64,000 nucleotides of DNA from an uncultured Gemmatimonadales bacterium (GCA_963828735.1 CAWHFW010000002.1:320001-384000); one strand, 5' to 3'; numbered from the stretch's first letter, positions 29,003-39,084 are shown. The notes: generated by a model not told the origin, from the sequence alone. Numbers and translations are program-made.

Positions 29003-30756
29003 AAGATCCTCATGATCGTGGCGATGGACGGGACGTCGCTGCCGTTGAGGATGAACACCATGTAGTGCCCCGGCGGGGCGATGTTGGCCGAGCTCGGAGC
29101 CGCCACGGTGAGTCCGGTGGCATCGCTGGTGAATGTGAGCGCAAGCCGTCGCGAGTTCTGATCGAAAGCATGCGTGACCGATGGGAGCCGGATGAAGCTG
29201 ACCTTCGCAATGTCGCGCGCGTTCGGCGTCAGGATTCGAAAGGTCTTGCCGTACTGGACGGTGGCCGGGGCACTCTCGATCGTCGGCCGGTCGCCCCGAA
29301 ACAGGTAGGGCGGCGAGAAGAACTCGGCGTTCTTCTGGTTCGGCGTACCGCCGGCCTCGCTCCCGCCGGCCACGAGGACGCGCCCGTCCGGCATGAGCAG
29401 CGCCGTCCCGTGATAGTCCCGCATGACGCTATTGCTCGAGAGGGTGGTCCACTGCCCGGTCTGCAGGCTCCACATCTCCGCCGCGTACACTGCCTTCGTC
29501 GGGTCGTTGAACTTGGTGCCTCCGACACCTCCGGTCGCCAACACCTCTCCAGTCGGCAATACGGTCAGATTCAGGTGCCGGCGGGCAAAGGCCATCGAGC
29601 CGGTCCACTTCCAGGCGGGGGTGGCGGCGTTGAGGTCGATGACTTCCGCGGTATTGGTCGTGCGGGAGCCACCGGCATAGACGATCTTGCCGTTCTCGTA
29701 CATGGCCGCCGAGCCGTAGTCGCGCGCGCTGGCGTAGAGATGCTTGGGGCCGCTCTTCCACTTGCCGGTGCCGGCCGTCGTCAGGTAGCGCGTGTAGACC
29801 ACCTGCCCCGCGACGTAAACGGTTCCCGTCGAGGTCAGGAAGGCGCGGGGATAATAGGGCAGTGTCTTGGGCGCGGTCGTGAGCCGTCTCAACGTGCCGT
29901 TGCTCCAGACCTCCGGCTCCGCGACCTGGATGCTGGCCTGGTCCCGGCCGGCCAGAATCAGGACGTCACCGTTCGCCAGCGTGGTCGTGGTTGGGTACCA
30001 GCGTCCCCGATTCATCGGGGTGCTCGAGGATCACGCGTTGGTGACGGGATCGAACAGGGTGGTGTTGGGCAGACCGAAGTCGTAGTCGATGTGACCGCCG
30101 GCAAAAAAGACCCGCCCGTCCGGCAGCAGCGTCTGGCCGGCGCAGAACAACCAGGCCGGGGACGGCACTGACGTGAACTGGCCGGAGAGGGGCGCCCACA
30201 CCTGCGGCGTCCCCAGACGGCCGAGGGCAAGGACCCGCCCGTCCGGTAACAGCGCCATGTGGATGGCCACGATGGGCCAGCTGAACGGCGCGGACCATTT
30301 CCCCGTCTCGGCGCCGGTCGCCGAGGCCAGCGCCGCCCCTCCCACCTCGGCAGCACACGGCACCCCGTCGTTGGCTCGCGCCACGACGATGTGGCCGCCG
30401 AGGTAGAGCTCTACCACCCCCGTCGTTCTCAATTCGATCGCCCGCTCGGTGACAGCGGGGTCCATCCGCGGAGCGGCGTCCAGGTCGGCGGTGCCTTCCT
30501 CCTCACTGCCGGCCACGCGGTAAGTCACAGTGACCGGAACATCTCGTGTATTCGACAACACGAACCGGTTGCCACAGACGTACGCAAGGTTGATTGGGGC
30601 GTCGCTGCCGGTTTCCGGGTCCAGCGGAGCAGCCTCGGATGGTCGAGGACCCGTGCTGGTGCGCTCCGCCGAGCACGCGAGCACGCCGAGAGCCAACGCG
30701 CCGGCGAGCAGCGCAATCGGTCGCGGCACCGGCATCATCGGGAGCCGACGCATCAT
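28999..30756 (-). pseudogene. Galactose-oxidase-like copper radical oxidase lipoprotein (AA5; Kelch + DUF1929) with an internal in-frame TGA at 30031-30033
   Basis: ORFs 30031-30762 and 28999-30015 share a frame and are separated by TGA plus 5 codons; motifs LFCAG, RWYP, RDYHG, SVTHAF; lipobox VLAC. Confidence 0.85.
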
Positions 30757-30974
30757 GAGCACCTCGCTCTTTTCACGGAGACAGCTGAGTGCAGCACTCC
30801 CAACATACGGCTCGCGTGATTGTGTCGATAGCCTGGAGGGGCCGCTCGCGCTGGGGCGCGTGATGGCGAGGTGGTCGACCCTTGCCGTTTCGAAAAATCT
30901 GCGGCCGTCAGACCCGGGGATACCGGGCCGACGGCCGCAGAGGTTGCAGAGTCCCTGAGACCCTGAGGGCGTTT

Positions 30975-32774
30975 CTAGAAGATCCGGATGATCTTCGCCA
31001 CCGACGGCACGCCGGAGCCGTTCAGGATGAACACCATATAGTGTCCCGGGGGCGCCCGATTGCTCGACGTGGGTGCGGTGACCGTGAGTCCCGTCGCGTC
31101 CGCCGTGAACGAGAGTCGCATGAACCGCTGATTTTCATCGAACGCGTGGGTCACCGCGCCAAGACGGATCAGGCTGACCTTCGTGATGGCGGCCGCATTC
31201 GGGGTCCCGAGGCGAAACGTCGTTTTGAGGCCGACCGACGCGGGCGCGCTGCTGATCGTCGGCCTGGCGCCGGCGAAGAGATACGGCGGCGAGAAGATCT
31301 CGGCGTTCTTCTCGCTCGGGGCTCCGGCCCCCTCGCCGCTGCCGGCGTTGAGCACTCGTCCATCCGGCAGGAGCAGCGAGGTGCCGTGATAGCCTCGGGT
31401 CACGGCATTGCTCGACAGAGTCGTCCAATTGCCTGGTCCGGTGCCTGTTCCGGGGCTCCAGATTTCTGCCGCGCGAACGGGCTGCGAGACGTCGTCGAAA
31501 CTGGTGCCGGCGACGCCGCCGGTCGCGAGGACCTCACCCGTCGGGAGGACGGTGAGATTGTGGTGCCTGCGCGCAAACGCCATCGGGGCGGCCCACTGCC
31601 AGACGGGAGCGGCCGCTGTGAGATCGATCATCTCCGCGCTGTTCGTGGTCCGGTTCCCACCTGCGTAGATGATCTTGTTGTCATCGTACATCACAGCGGA
31701 GCCGTACTCCCGGGACGGGCCGAGGCGCTTCGGTCCATTCTTCAGAATTCCTGTGCCCGTCGGCGTCAGAAACTGCGTCGCGATGCCCGGCCCTGCGATG
31801 AACACCGTGCCCTTCGACGTCAGGAACGCACGAGGATAGTACGGCAGCGACTTGAGTGCCGTGGTCAGCTGGCTGAGAGATCCGTTGCTCCAGACCTCCG
31901 GCGTCGTGACTACTGTGGCGCCTTGATCCTTGCCGGCAAGGATGAGCACGTCGCCATTGCCCAGGGTCGTCGTCGTGGGATACCATCGCCCTTTTGCCAT
32001 GAGCGCGCTGGACTGCCACGTGTTGTGGACAGGATCGAAGAGCGTGGTATTGGGGAGACCGTGGTTGTCTGTGATGTGCCCGCCAGCCACGAAGACCCGG
32101 CCGTCGGCGAGGAGCGTGTGGCCGGAGCAGAAGAGGTTCGCCGGCGCGGGCACGGTGGTGAACACTCCCGTGGTCGGATTCCAGATCGTCGGCTTTCCGG
32201 TGCGCCCGATGGACAGCACCCGCCCGTCGGGTAGCAGGATCATGTGGATGGCGACGATCGGCCAGGGAAAGGGCGCCGTCCATTGACCGGACGCCGACGC
32301 CTCGGCGAGGGCGGGCGCGCCTACCGCCTGCGGCGTGCATGGGATGCCTTCGTTCGCCCGCGCAACCACCAAGCGCCCGTCCACGAAGAGCTGGACCGAG
32401 CCCCGGGCGCGAGTCTCGATCGTATGCTCGGTCTCGGCGGGATCCGCCATCGGCGCCGCGGCGAGGTCGGCATGCCCCTCCTCCTCGCTGCCCTCGACGC
32501 GGTAGCTCACGCTGATGGGCACATTCTGGGCGTTCGAGATCACGAATCGGTTGCCACAGAGGTAGGCCAGGTTGATCGGAGCGTCTTCACCGAGGTCCGG
32601 ATCCGTTGCCGGCACCTCACCGCTCCGTGGCCCTGCGCCCGCACGCTCGTCGGAGCACCCGACGATCACGGCGGCGGCGCACCCCGTAAGTAGCATCCTG
32701 AAGAGGACGTGACGGCGATGTCTGCGGCCAGGCACATGGACCTCGTGCTCATCGTGATCTGTGTCGGCGGACAC
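30975..32774 (-). CDS. Galactose-oxidase-like copper radical oxidase lipoprotein (AA5; Kelch + DUF1929)
   Basis: LFCSGH, RWYP, RGYHG, AVTHAF, APPGHYMVF; lipobox IVGC; start uncertain (32696-32831). Confidence 0.88.
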   Translation of the reverse strand: MSADTDHDEHEVHVPGRRHRRHVLFRMLLTGCAAAVIVGCSDERAGAGPRSGEVPATDPDLGEDAPINLAYLCGNRFVISNAQNVPISVSYRVEGSEEEGHADLAAAPMADPAETEHTIETRARGSVQLFVDGRLVVARANEGIPCTPQAVGAPALAEASASGQWTAPFPWPIVAIHMILLPDGRVLSIGRTGKPTIWNPTTGVFTTVPAPANLFCSGHTLLADGRVFVAGGHITDNHGLPNTTLFDPVHNTWQSSALMAKGRWYPTTTTLGNGDVLILAGKDQGATVVTTPEVWSNGSLSQLTTALKSLPYYPRAFLTSKGTVFIAGPGIATQFLTPTGTGILKNGPKRLGPSREYGSAVMYDDNKIIYAGGNRTTNSAEMIDLTAAAPVWQWAAPMAFARRHHNLTVLPTGEVLATGGVAGTSFDDVSQPVRAAEIWSPGTGTGPGNWTTLSSNAVTRGYHGTSLLLPDGRVLNAGSGEGAGAPSEKNAEIFSPPYLFAGARPTISSAPASVGLKTTFRLGTPNAAAITKVSLIRLGAVTHAFDENQRFMRLSFTADATGLTVTAPTSSNRAPPGHYMVFILNGSGVPSVAKIIRIF

Positions 32775-32996
32775 GGCGGGTGCTTCCTGGGCTAACTTAC
32801 TGTTTCGACTTGCGAAATCTAGTCCAGCCATAGGCGTTGAGCTTAACCGTGCAAGAGTTGGCGCCGTTCGCAATCGCACGTCGGTACACACCGCGCGATC
32901 CGGTCGCTGTAGCACGAATCCAACGCTCCTTCGCACCGGCCAAGCCTTCTCGGCCGGGTCTGGGTAACGCGGCGAGTCTTCCAGCGGGGATTGACC

Positions 32997-33428
32997 GTGC
33001 GAATCGGAGTGATGCTGCGGCCCTACGACCAGCACCAGGGCGGCGTCCGGATCTATACCCGCCGACTGCTCGACGCCATGCTCGAGCTCGAGACCGCGCA
33101 CGAGTTCGTCCTCCTCTACCGCAATCCCGAGCTGCTCGGCACCCACAGCGGTCATGCGAAGGTGGAGGAGCATGCCCTTCCCGCCCGATCCGTGTTCGCC
33201 TGGGACCAAATCGCCGTGCCGCGCGCCGTGCGGGAGCACCGCCTCGACGTACTGTTCAACCCCAAGTATTCCATTCCGCTCCACGCCGGCTGTCCCGCCG
33301 TGTGGGTATGCCACGGCCTGGATTGGTACGTCACGCCCTGGGCGTCACGCTTCATGGATCGGCTGAGCCATCGCTTTCTCGTCCCTCGATATGCACGGCG
33401 TGCCGCCGCCATCCGAGGGCCTGTATAG
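32997..33428 (+). pseudogene. Truncated GT4 glycosyltransferase (N-terminal domain only)
   Basis: VRIGV...GGVRIYTRRLL...DVLFNP...VCHGLDW; stops after ~143 aa with no C-terminal donor-binding domain. Confidence 0.7.
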
Positions 33429-33538
33429 GTTTTCCCGGGAAGCCATCACAACGGGAACCGATCGTGCGGATTGTGGGGTGATGCTGCCACTATGCTACGA
33501 TGTCTCGGACGCCTTGGTGGGCTGAGCCCACCGTCGGT

Positions 33539-36019
33539 CTAGCCTACTCGGATGATCTTGCCTGTCGAGGGCACCCCGTTCCGGTTGAGCACGAAGAGCA
33601 GATAGTAGCCGGGCGGCGCCAGGTTCGGGTCCGCCGGCGCCGTGACGTCCACGCCGGTAGCGGTGCGTGTGAAGGTCAGGGTGTTTGCCCGCTGGCTCGC
33701 GTCGAACGCATGGGTCACCGAGCCGAGCCGGATCCACCGCGCGTCCGTGATCTGCGCGGCGTTGGGGGTCGCAACGGGAAACGTCTGCCCGTAGCTCACG
33801 CTCGACGGGGTGCTTGTGATCGTTGGCCGAGCGCCCTTGAACAGGTATGGCGGCGAGAAGATCTCGTGGTTCGCCTCGTCGGGCACGGGCACTGGATTGG
33901 CGCCGCCCGCCATGGCGTTGCCGCTTGCTCCGTGGAGGACCGTGCCGTCCGGCAGCAGCAGCGAGACCGAGTGGTACACTCGCATGACGCTGTTCGCGGC
34001 GAGGGTCTTCCACTGGTTGGTCTTGGGATCCCACAGCTCCGCCGCCCGGGCCGCGTCGCCGAGGTTGATGTCCACGAAGCCGCCCCCCTTAGTGCCGCCG
34101 GTGATGAGGACGGTACCGTCCGGCAGGATGGTCGAGTTGAGGTGCCGGCGCGGGAACTCCATCATGCCCGCGCTGCTCCACGCCGGCGAGCCGGCGTTCA
34201 GGTCGATCTTCTCGGCGATCGCGGTGGGCGCGTCGTCCTTGGCGTCGGGAGACTGAGACCACGACGGGTTGCCGCCGCCGCCCGTGTACAGGATCTTCCC
34301 GGCCTCGTACATCGCGGCGGTGCCGTAGTCGCGGTTGAACGGCCAAACGTGGTTCGGCCCGGTGGTCCACTTGCCGCGCCCGCCCGCCGCCGTGCCGTCT
34401 ACGTCGAACCAACGGGACTTGATCCGCTCGCCCGCCATGAAGATCCGGCCGTCGGGGGCCACGAAGTTCCTGGGGTAATAGGGGATGTTCAGCGACCCCG
34501 CGCCCGGCAGCGGAACCCAGTGGTTGTTGTTCTCCCAGATCTCGGGCGTCGTGACCACGTTACCGGCAGAATCGTTTCCGGCCATGGTGAGGACGCGGCC
34601 GTCCGCGAGCGTGGTCACCGTGGGGTACCAGCGCCCAAAGGCCATCTTGGGCAGGCCCGTCGTCCAGGTCTGGCTCGCCGGGTCAAAAATGTTGGTGACG
34701 TCGATACCGACGTTGTCCCTCTTGTGCCCTCCGGTAACCATCAGGCGACCGTCCGCCATCAGCGTGTGGCCCGAGCAGAAGAGCATCGTGTCGGCCTGCA
34801 CCTCGATTGCGCTCGTCGGCGGTCCGGCCGCCGGATCCCACAGGCGCGGGCGGGTTGCCATCGTGCCCATCACGCCGCCGTCCTCGTACTTGCCCCATCC
34901 GAGAACCTTTCCGCTTGGCAACAGGTGGATGTGCAGCGGCACGATGTCCCAGGCGACGACCGGGCCCCACTTCCCGCTCGTCGCCTCCGACGGCAGCGCT
35001 GACAGGGTCACGGGCGTCGCGGTCACGCTGGTCAAGCCCGTACTGAACTCGAGGGTCTGCGCCCCGGCGCCGTCGATGCCAAGGTCGCCGAACTTCGCGA
35101 AGCCCTGGGCATCGGTCGTGGACGTGGTCGTCCCCTCGAGCGTTCCGCCTCCCCCTGTCAGGCTAGCCGTGACCCCGACCCCCGGCACCGGGTTGCCGGA
35201 GCCGTCCCTCACCTGGACGACGGGCTGCACCGCGGGATCGAAGACCTCGCGGTCCAGCGCCGCAGTCGGCGGATTGGTGATAAGCAGGATCGTGTTGCCG
35301 GACTGCGTAGAGACAGTGATCGCCGAGGAGACCGCCGGAACGAAGTCGGGCGCCGAGAACCGGATCGTGTAGGTGCCGGCGGGGCCGGTGATCGCCAGGT
35401 CGGTGAACGTCGCGCCGCCGGCGCCGTTCGTGGCCTCAGTCAGGGTCCCGCCGAGCGTTCCCGACCCGGTGGCGAGGGACGCGGTGACCGCCACCCCGCT
35501 TTGCGCCAGGTCATTGCCGTCCGGATCTCTGAGCTGCACCACCGGTTGTGCGCCGAGCGCGACGCCGCTCTCGGCCGTCGCCGACGGCTGGGTCGTCACT
35601 GCGAGGCTGGAGCTCTCGCCATCGGTCGCGATGGCCAGGAACGTGACCGGCGAGCCGGACAGGCCCGCGACCGACGCCGTGGTGGATTGCTCGCCGGGCT
35701 GCGGCCCCAGCACCCGCTGCACGGACGCCCGACCGTTGGCGCCGGTCTCCACAGAGCCGGACGAGACGGAGCCGGAGCCGCCAGCATCCCAGTGAACGCT
35801 CACGCCTTGAACGGGATCGCCCTTCTCGTCGGTGACCACGACCACGAGGGGATTGGCCAGTGACTCGCCGGCGACACCGGTCTGACCGTTCCCGTCCACC
35901 ATCGCTATTGCGGTGGGCGTCGGGGGCTGCACGTTGTTCTCGCTGCAGCGGAGCGTGCCTGCGGCGAGCACCAACAGGAGAACCCAAGGTCGGACGCGTA
36001 GGAACGAGGTCTTGGTCAT
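33539..36019 (-). CDS. Galactose-oxidase-like copper radical oxidase (AA5) with N-terminal Ig-like domains
   Basis: Signal peptide, three Big-like repeats (GNGQTG..., QPVVQLRD..GN, QPVVQVRD..GN), LFCSGH, RWYP, RVYHS, SVTHAF, APPGYYLLF. Confidence 0.9.
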   Translation of the reverse strand: MTKTSFLRVRPWVLLLVLAAGTLRCSENNVQPPTPTAIAMVDGNGQTGVAGESLANPLVVVVTDEKGDPVQGVSVHWDAGGSGSVSSGSVETGANGRASVQRVLGPQPGEQSTTASVAGLSGSPVTFLAIATDGESSSLAVTTQPSATAESGVALGAQPVVQLRDPDGNDLAQSGVAVTASLATGSGTLGGTLTEATNGAGGATFTDLAITGPAGTYTIRFSAPDFVPAVSSAITVSTQSGNTILLITNPPTAALDREVFDPAVQPVVQVRDGSGNPVPGVGVTASLTGGGGTLEGTTTSTTDAQGFAKFGDLGIDGAGAQTLEFSTGLTSVTATPVTLSALPSEATSGKWGPVVAWDIVPLHIHLLPSGKVLGWGKYEDGGVMGTMATRPRLWDPAAGPPTSAIEVQADTMLFCSGHTLMADGRLMVTGGHKRDNVGIDVTNIFDPASQTWTTGLPKMAFGRWYPTVTTLADGRVLTMAGNDSAGNVVTTPEIWENNNHWVPLPGAGSLNIPYYPRNFVAPDGRIFMAGERIKSRWFDVDGTAAGGRGKWTTGPNHVWPFNRDYGTAAMYEAGKILYTGGGGNPSWSQSPDAKDDAPTAIAEKIDLNAGSPAWSSAGMMEFPRRHLNSTILPDGTVLITGGTKGGGFVDINLGDAARAAELWDPKTNQWKTLAANSVMRVYHSVSLLLPDGTVLHGASGNAMAGGANPVPVPDEANHEIFSPPYLFKGARPTITSTPSSVSYGQTFPVATPNAAQITDARWIRLGSVTHAFDASQRANTLTFTRTATGVDVTAPADPNLAPPGYYLLFVLNRNGVPSTGKIIRVG

Positions 36020-36468
36020 GAGCGATGGCCGAATGTCTAGGCGTCAAGGGGGTTGCCGAGCCCGCACCGATCGGGACTGACGATGCAGATTTCAGGCCGT
36101 TCTCCAGCCGTGCATGCTACCACGTATAGCGTTACACTTCAAGCACTTAGCCGCCGACCATCCCAAAGAACGTTGCGCTCCTGCTACGAAACGATAAGCC
36201 CCTCGGGGCGCCGGTGCCAAACCCCCGGACACTTGCACCGGACCCGCAACTTCACCCGAGGGACGGACGGATCACTGGCGCCGCCAGCAAGCTGTGGGCC
36301 CCCCGTCGGCCGTTGGACACGATAACACGCCAACGTATCAGAGAGTATGAAAACAGTATGAATGGCAACGGGTTCCCGGCAGCATGCGACGCAGCATGCG
36401 AATTGGGATGGGAGCTACCGGGCGGGCCGCCGCCCCGCAACCGTCCGTCGGATGGCGGAGGCGGTCGG

Positions 36469-36497
36469 TTTACCCATCGGTCGGTCGGGTGTACGTT
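36469..36497 (+). promoter_or_regulatory. Putative sigma-70 promoter of tRNA-Gln
   Basis: TTTACC-N17-TACGTT, 8 nt before the tRNA 5' end. Confidence 0.45.
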
Positions 36498-36505
36498 TTC
36501 ACGAC

Positions 36506-36576
36506 TGGCCCTTCGTCCAACGGCAGGACAGCGGACTTTGGATCCGTTAATGGTGGTTCGAATCCACCAGGGCCAA
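36506..36576 (+). tRNA. tRNA-Gln (TTG)
   Basis: Acceptor stem TGGCCCT/AGGGCCA, anticodon loop CT-TTG-GA, GGTTCGAATCC T-arm; CCA not encoded. Confidence 0.95.
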
Positions 36577-36888
36577 TGGAACACCCCTACGCGCTATCCG
36601 CTCATTACTGCATGCAGGCCGTCGTGCGACTTCGCCTTGCTGGAGAAGCGCCGTGCAAGTCGATCTCGATTCGGCAATGTGCTCTAAGCGCTGACGGCCG
36701 CCCGCGCCTGGTAGCTTACGCTACTAGAGCTTTCACGGGAGCACAGCTGTGCGTGTTGGGGTCATGCTGCGGCACAACGATCGGCACGGCGGCGGGGTAC
36801 GGGTGTCCACAACCCCCTTTTTGCTAAGCTCTTGCAAACTGGCTTCGTGTTGAACACGATCTCCCATTCACCCCCTAGCGAAGGGGCC

Positions 36889-38064
36889 ATGTCTACCGAC
36901 CATGAAAAGAGGAGCATCCTCATACCAGCCTATGACTTCAAGCCCCTGCTGGGAGGAGTGGCCAACTACGGCCACGAATTGGCCGTGCAGTTTAGCCGGC
37001 GGGCACGGGTCCATGTGGTCAGCCGTAAGCTCCCTGGGATAGAAGAGTTCGATCAGAACCTGCCATACCAAATCTCCCGAATCACCGCTCCGCATAGCGC
37101 CCTCATCAGCTACCCGCTTTTCGCTCGGGCCTTGCGAGCTGTTATTCGGCAGCAGCCTCCTGATGCGATGTTTTGCCCCATCTGGCTTCCCGATGGGGCG
37201 GCAGGCCGCTGGGCTGTAGGAGAAGCGGCTATTCCCTATTTCGTGGCGGCTCACGGCACCGAACTCTTTCAGAACTTTGCCAGCATACCGAACGGCGTAC
37301 GGACGGTGCTGACCCGCAAGCTGAAGAGGGCGGTGTTTCAGGAGGCCAAGAAGGTCTTCCCGGTTAGCGATTATACCCGCAAGGCCGTGCTCACGGAGGG
37401 AGGCGGGAATGAAGCCTCAATCGTCACGGTCAACAACGGTGTGAACCCGGCGATCTTTAAGAAAATGCCGGCAAAATCAGAGGCTCGGGCAAGGTACAAA
37501 CCAGGGGGCGAAAGAATCCTCCTCACCGTTACGCGTCTGTATCCGTACAAAGGCGTGGATCGCATGCTGGAATCGCTTCCCGCCATCTTACGGGCTGTCC
37601 CCGACGTCAAATACCTCGTTGTCGGCACCGGGCCCGACCAGCAGCGGTTGCAGGAGCTGGCGACCCGCCTGGGCTTGCAGGCCCAGGTCAGCTTCTTGGG
37701 GCCGGTGGCCTTAGCGAAAATCGTAGAGCTGTATAACGTGGCCGATCTTTTTGTCATGCTGTCGCGGGAAGAGCCACCGGACGTCGAGGGCTTTGGCCTC
37801 GTATTCCTGGAAGCAGCGGCGTGCGGCCTTCCTTCCCTCGGGGGCCGGAGCGGCGGCATTCCCGATGCCATCGATGAAGGGAGGTCCGGCTGGCTGGTGG
37901 ATCCCTGCAATACTCAAGAAATCGCGGCCATCACCATTGAGTTGCTGAAATCCCCTGAAAGACTCCAGCGCGCTTCGGAGTTTTGCTTATCTACGGCCCC
38001 CCAAAAAACCTGGGAGCGGGCTGCCGATAGAATCCTGGTGGAAATGTTTGACGGCAGGACCTGA
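36889..38064 (+). CDS. Glycosyltransferase family 4 (PimB-like)
   Basis: GGVANY, RLYPYKG, DVEGFGLVFLEAAACG, SGGIPDAI. Confidence 0.9.
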   Translation: MSTDHEKRSILIPAYDFKPLLGGVANYGHELAVQFSRRARVHVVSRKLPGIEEFDQNLPYQISRITAPHSALISYPLFARALRAVIRQQPPDAMFCPIWLPDGAAGRWAVGEAAIPYFVAAHGTELFQNFASIPNGVRTVLTRKLKRAVFQEAKKVFPVSDYTRKAVLTEGGGNEASIVTVNNGVNPAIFKKMPAKSEARARYKPGGERILLTVTRLYPYKGVDRMLESLPAILRAVPDVKYLVVGTGPDQQRLQELATRLGLQAQVSFLGPVALAKIVELYNVADLFVMLSREEPPDVEGFGLVFLEAAACGLPSLGGRSGGIPDAIDEGRSGWLVDPCNTQEIAAITIELLKSPERLQRASEFCLSTAPQKTWERAADRILVEMFDGRT

Positions 38065-38077
38065 AAGGAGTCGCAGC

Positions 38078-38956
38078 ATGAATCTGGATTTGGCCAGAAG
38101 TACCCGCTCCTTGGTGAAAATGCGATCGGAGCGGGTACGCACGGAGATATGGCGCCTGATGGAGACGCTGCGGGTGACGCGTCATTGGGGGGTTACGAAT
38201 CGTCAAGTCGAGCAGTGGATTGCGAGCAAGAAGTTTTTCTTCATTCTGGCACTCGGCCGTTCCGGGACGACGTTCCTGTCACATTTGCTGAACATGTCCT
38301 CCGATGCCGTCGTGTTTCACGAGCCGGCTCGCAGCGATATCGACGCCTACCGACGGGCATTCTTCAGTCCGGATGACGCCGAGCGCTATATAGCTTCGTT
38401 TCGCAAGAAAGAAATGTATCTCCGGATGCGCACGACGGAGTTGAGTGTCTATGGCGAGGTCAACTCGCTGCTGCGCCGTCACTTCCATGCTCTGAGGCGC
38501 CACTTTCCCGGGGCTGGATTCCTGCACATGGTGAGGGACGGGCGGGACGTCGTCCGGACCATGATGTCGACGGCCGCCCTGACGCCCGGAGACATGTGGA
38601 CGTGGTGGCTGAGGCCGCATGAATCCGACCCGTTCTTTGCTCAGTGGCACGCGATGGATCGCTTCGCCAAGCTGTGCTGGTACTGGCGCGTGGAAAATCA
38701 CCTCCTCCGTACCAGTATCGGGAGCACAGTCAGGTTCGAGGAGGCCATCAGCGACTACGAATGCTTCGAGCACCGAATCCTGAGTCCGTTTGGCCTGGGC
38801 ATACCGCAATCCGTCTGGAAGCAGGAGACGGGTGTTCAACGCAACGCCACGGGGACCTATAGGATCCCCCACTGGCGTGAGTGGGATGCCTACCGCACCC
38901 GAACCTTCGAGACCATTTGCGGCGATGAAATGAGGGCCAACGGCTATCTGCAGTAA
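38078..38956 (+). CDS. PAPS-dependent sulfotransferase family protein
   Basis: 5'-PSB loop FILALGRSGTTFL, HEP, 3'-PB HMVRDGRDVVRT, C-terminal M...GY; AGGAG RBS. Confidence 0.85.
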   Translation: MNLDLARSTRSLVKMRSERVRTEIWRLMETLRVTRHWGVTNRQVEQWIASKKFFFILALGRSGTTFLSHLLNMSSDAVVFHEPARSDIDAYRRAFFSPDDAERYIASFRKKEMYLRMRTTELSVYGEVNSLLRRHFHALRRHFPGAGFLHMVRDGRDVVRTMMSTAALTPGDMWTWWLRPHESDPFFAQWHAMDRFAKLCWYWRVENHLLRTSIGSTVRFEEAISDYECFEHRILSPFGLGIPQSVWKQETGVQRNATGTYRIPHWREWDAYRTRTFETICGDEMRANGYLQ

Positions 38957-39040
38957 TTCCAATTGCCGCTCCCATATCGAAGCCGTCGTCGTCTCAGGGA
39001 CGAAGGCGCCGGCGGCAAAGTTGCATGAACGCGCCACCTA

Positions 39041-39084
39041 CTGGGAGCGGCTGCCGACATAATCCTGGAGGAATGTTTGCCGGC
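39041..39084 (+). repeat. Degenerate direct copy of the GT4 3' end (38010-38055)
   Basis: CTGGGAGCGG-CTGCCGACATAATCCTGGAGG-AATGTTTGCCGGC vs CTGGGAGCGGGCTGCCGATAGAATCCTGGTGGAAATGTTTGACGGC. Confidence 0.8.

Noticed and set aside
30031..30033. Selenocysteine interpretation of the in-frame TGA
   Set aside because: The aligned residue in the paralogs is Trp, not Cys, and the catalytic Cys is encoded normally.
39010..39025. Sigma-54-like CGGCGGCAAAGTTGCA on the plus strand
   Set aside because: No plus-strand gene follows, only the decayed GT-end copy, so it is likely chance.
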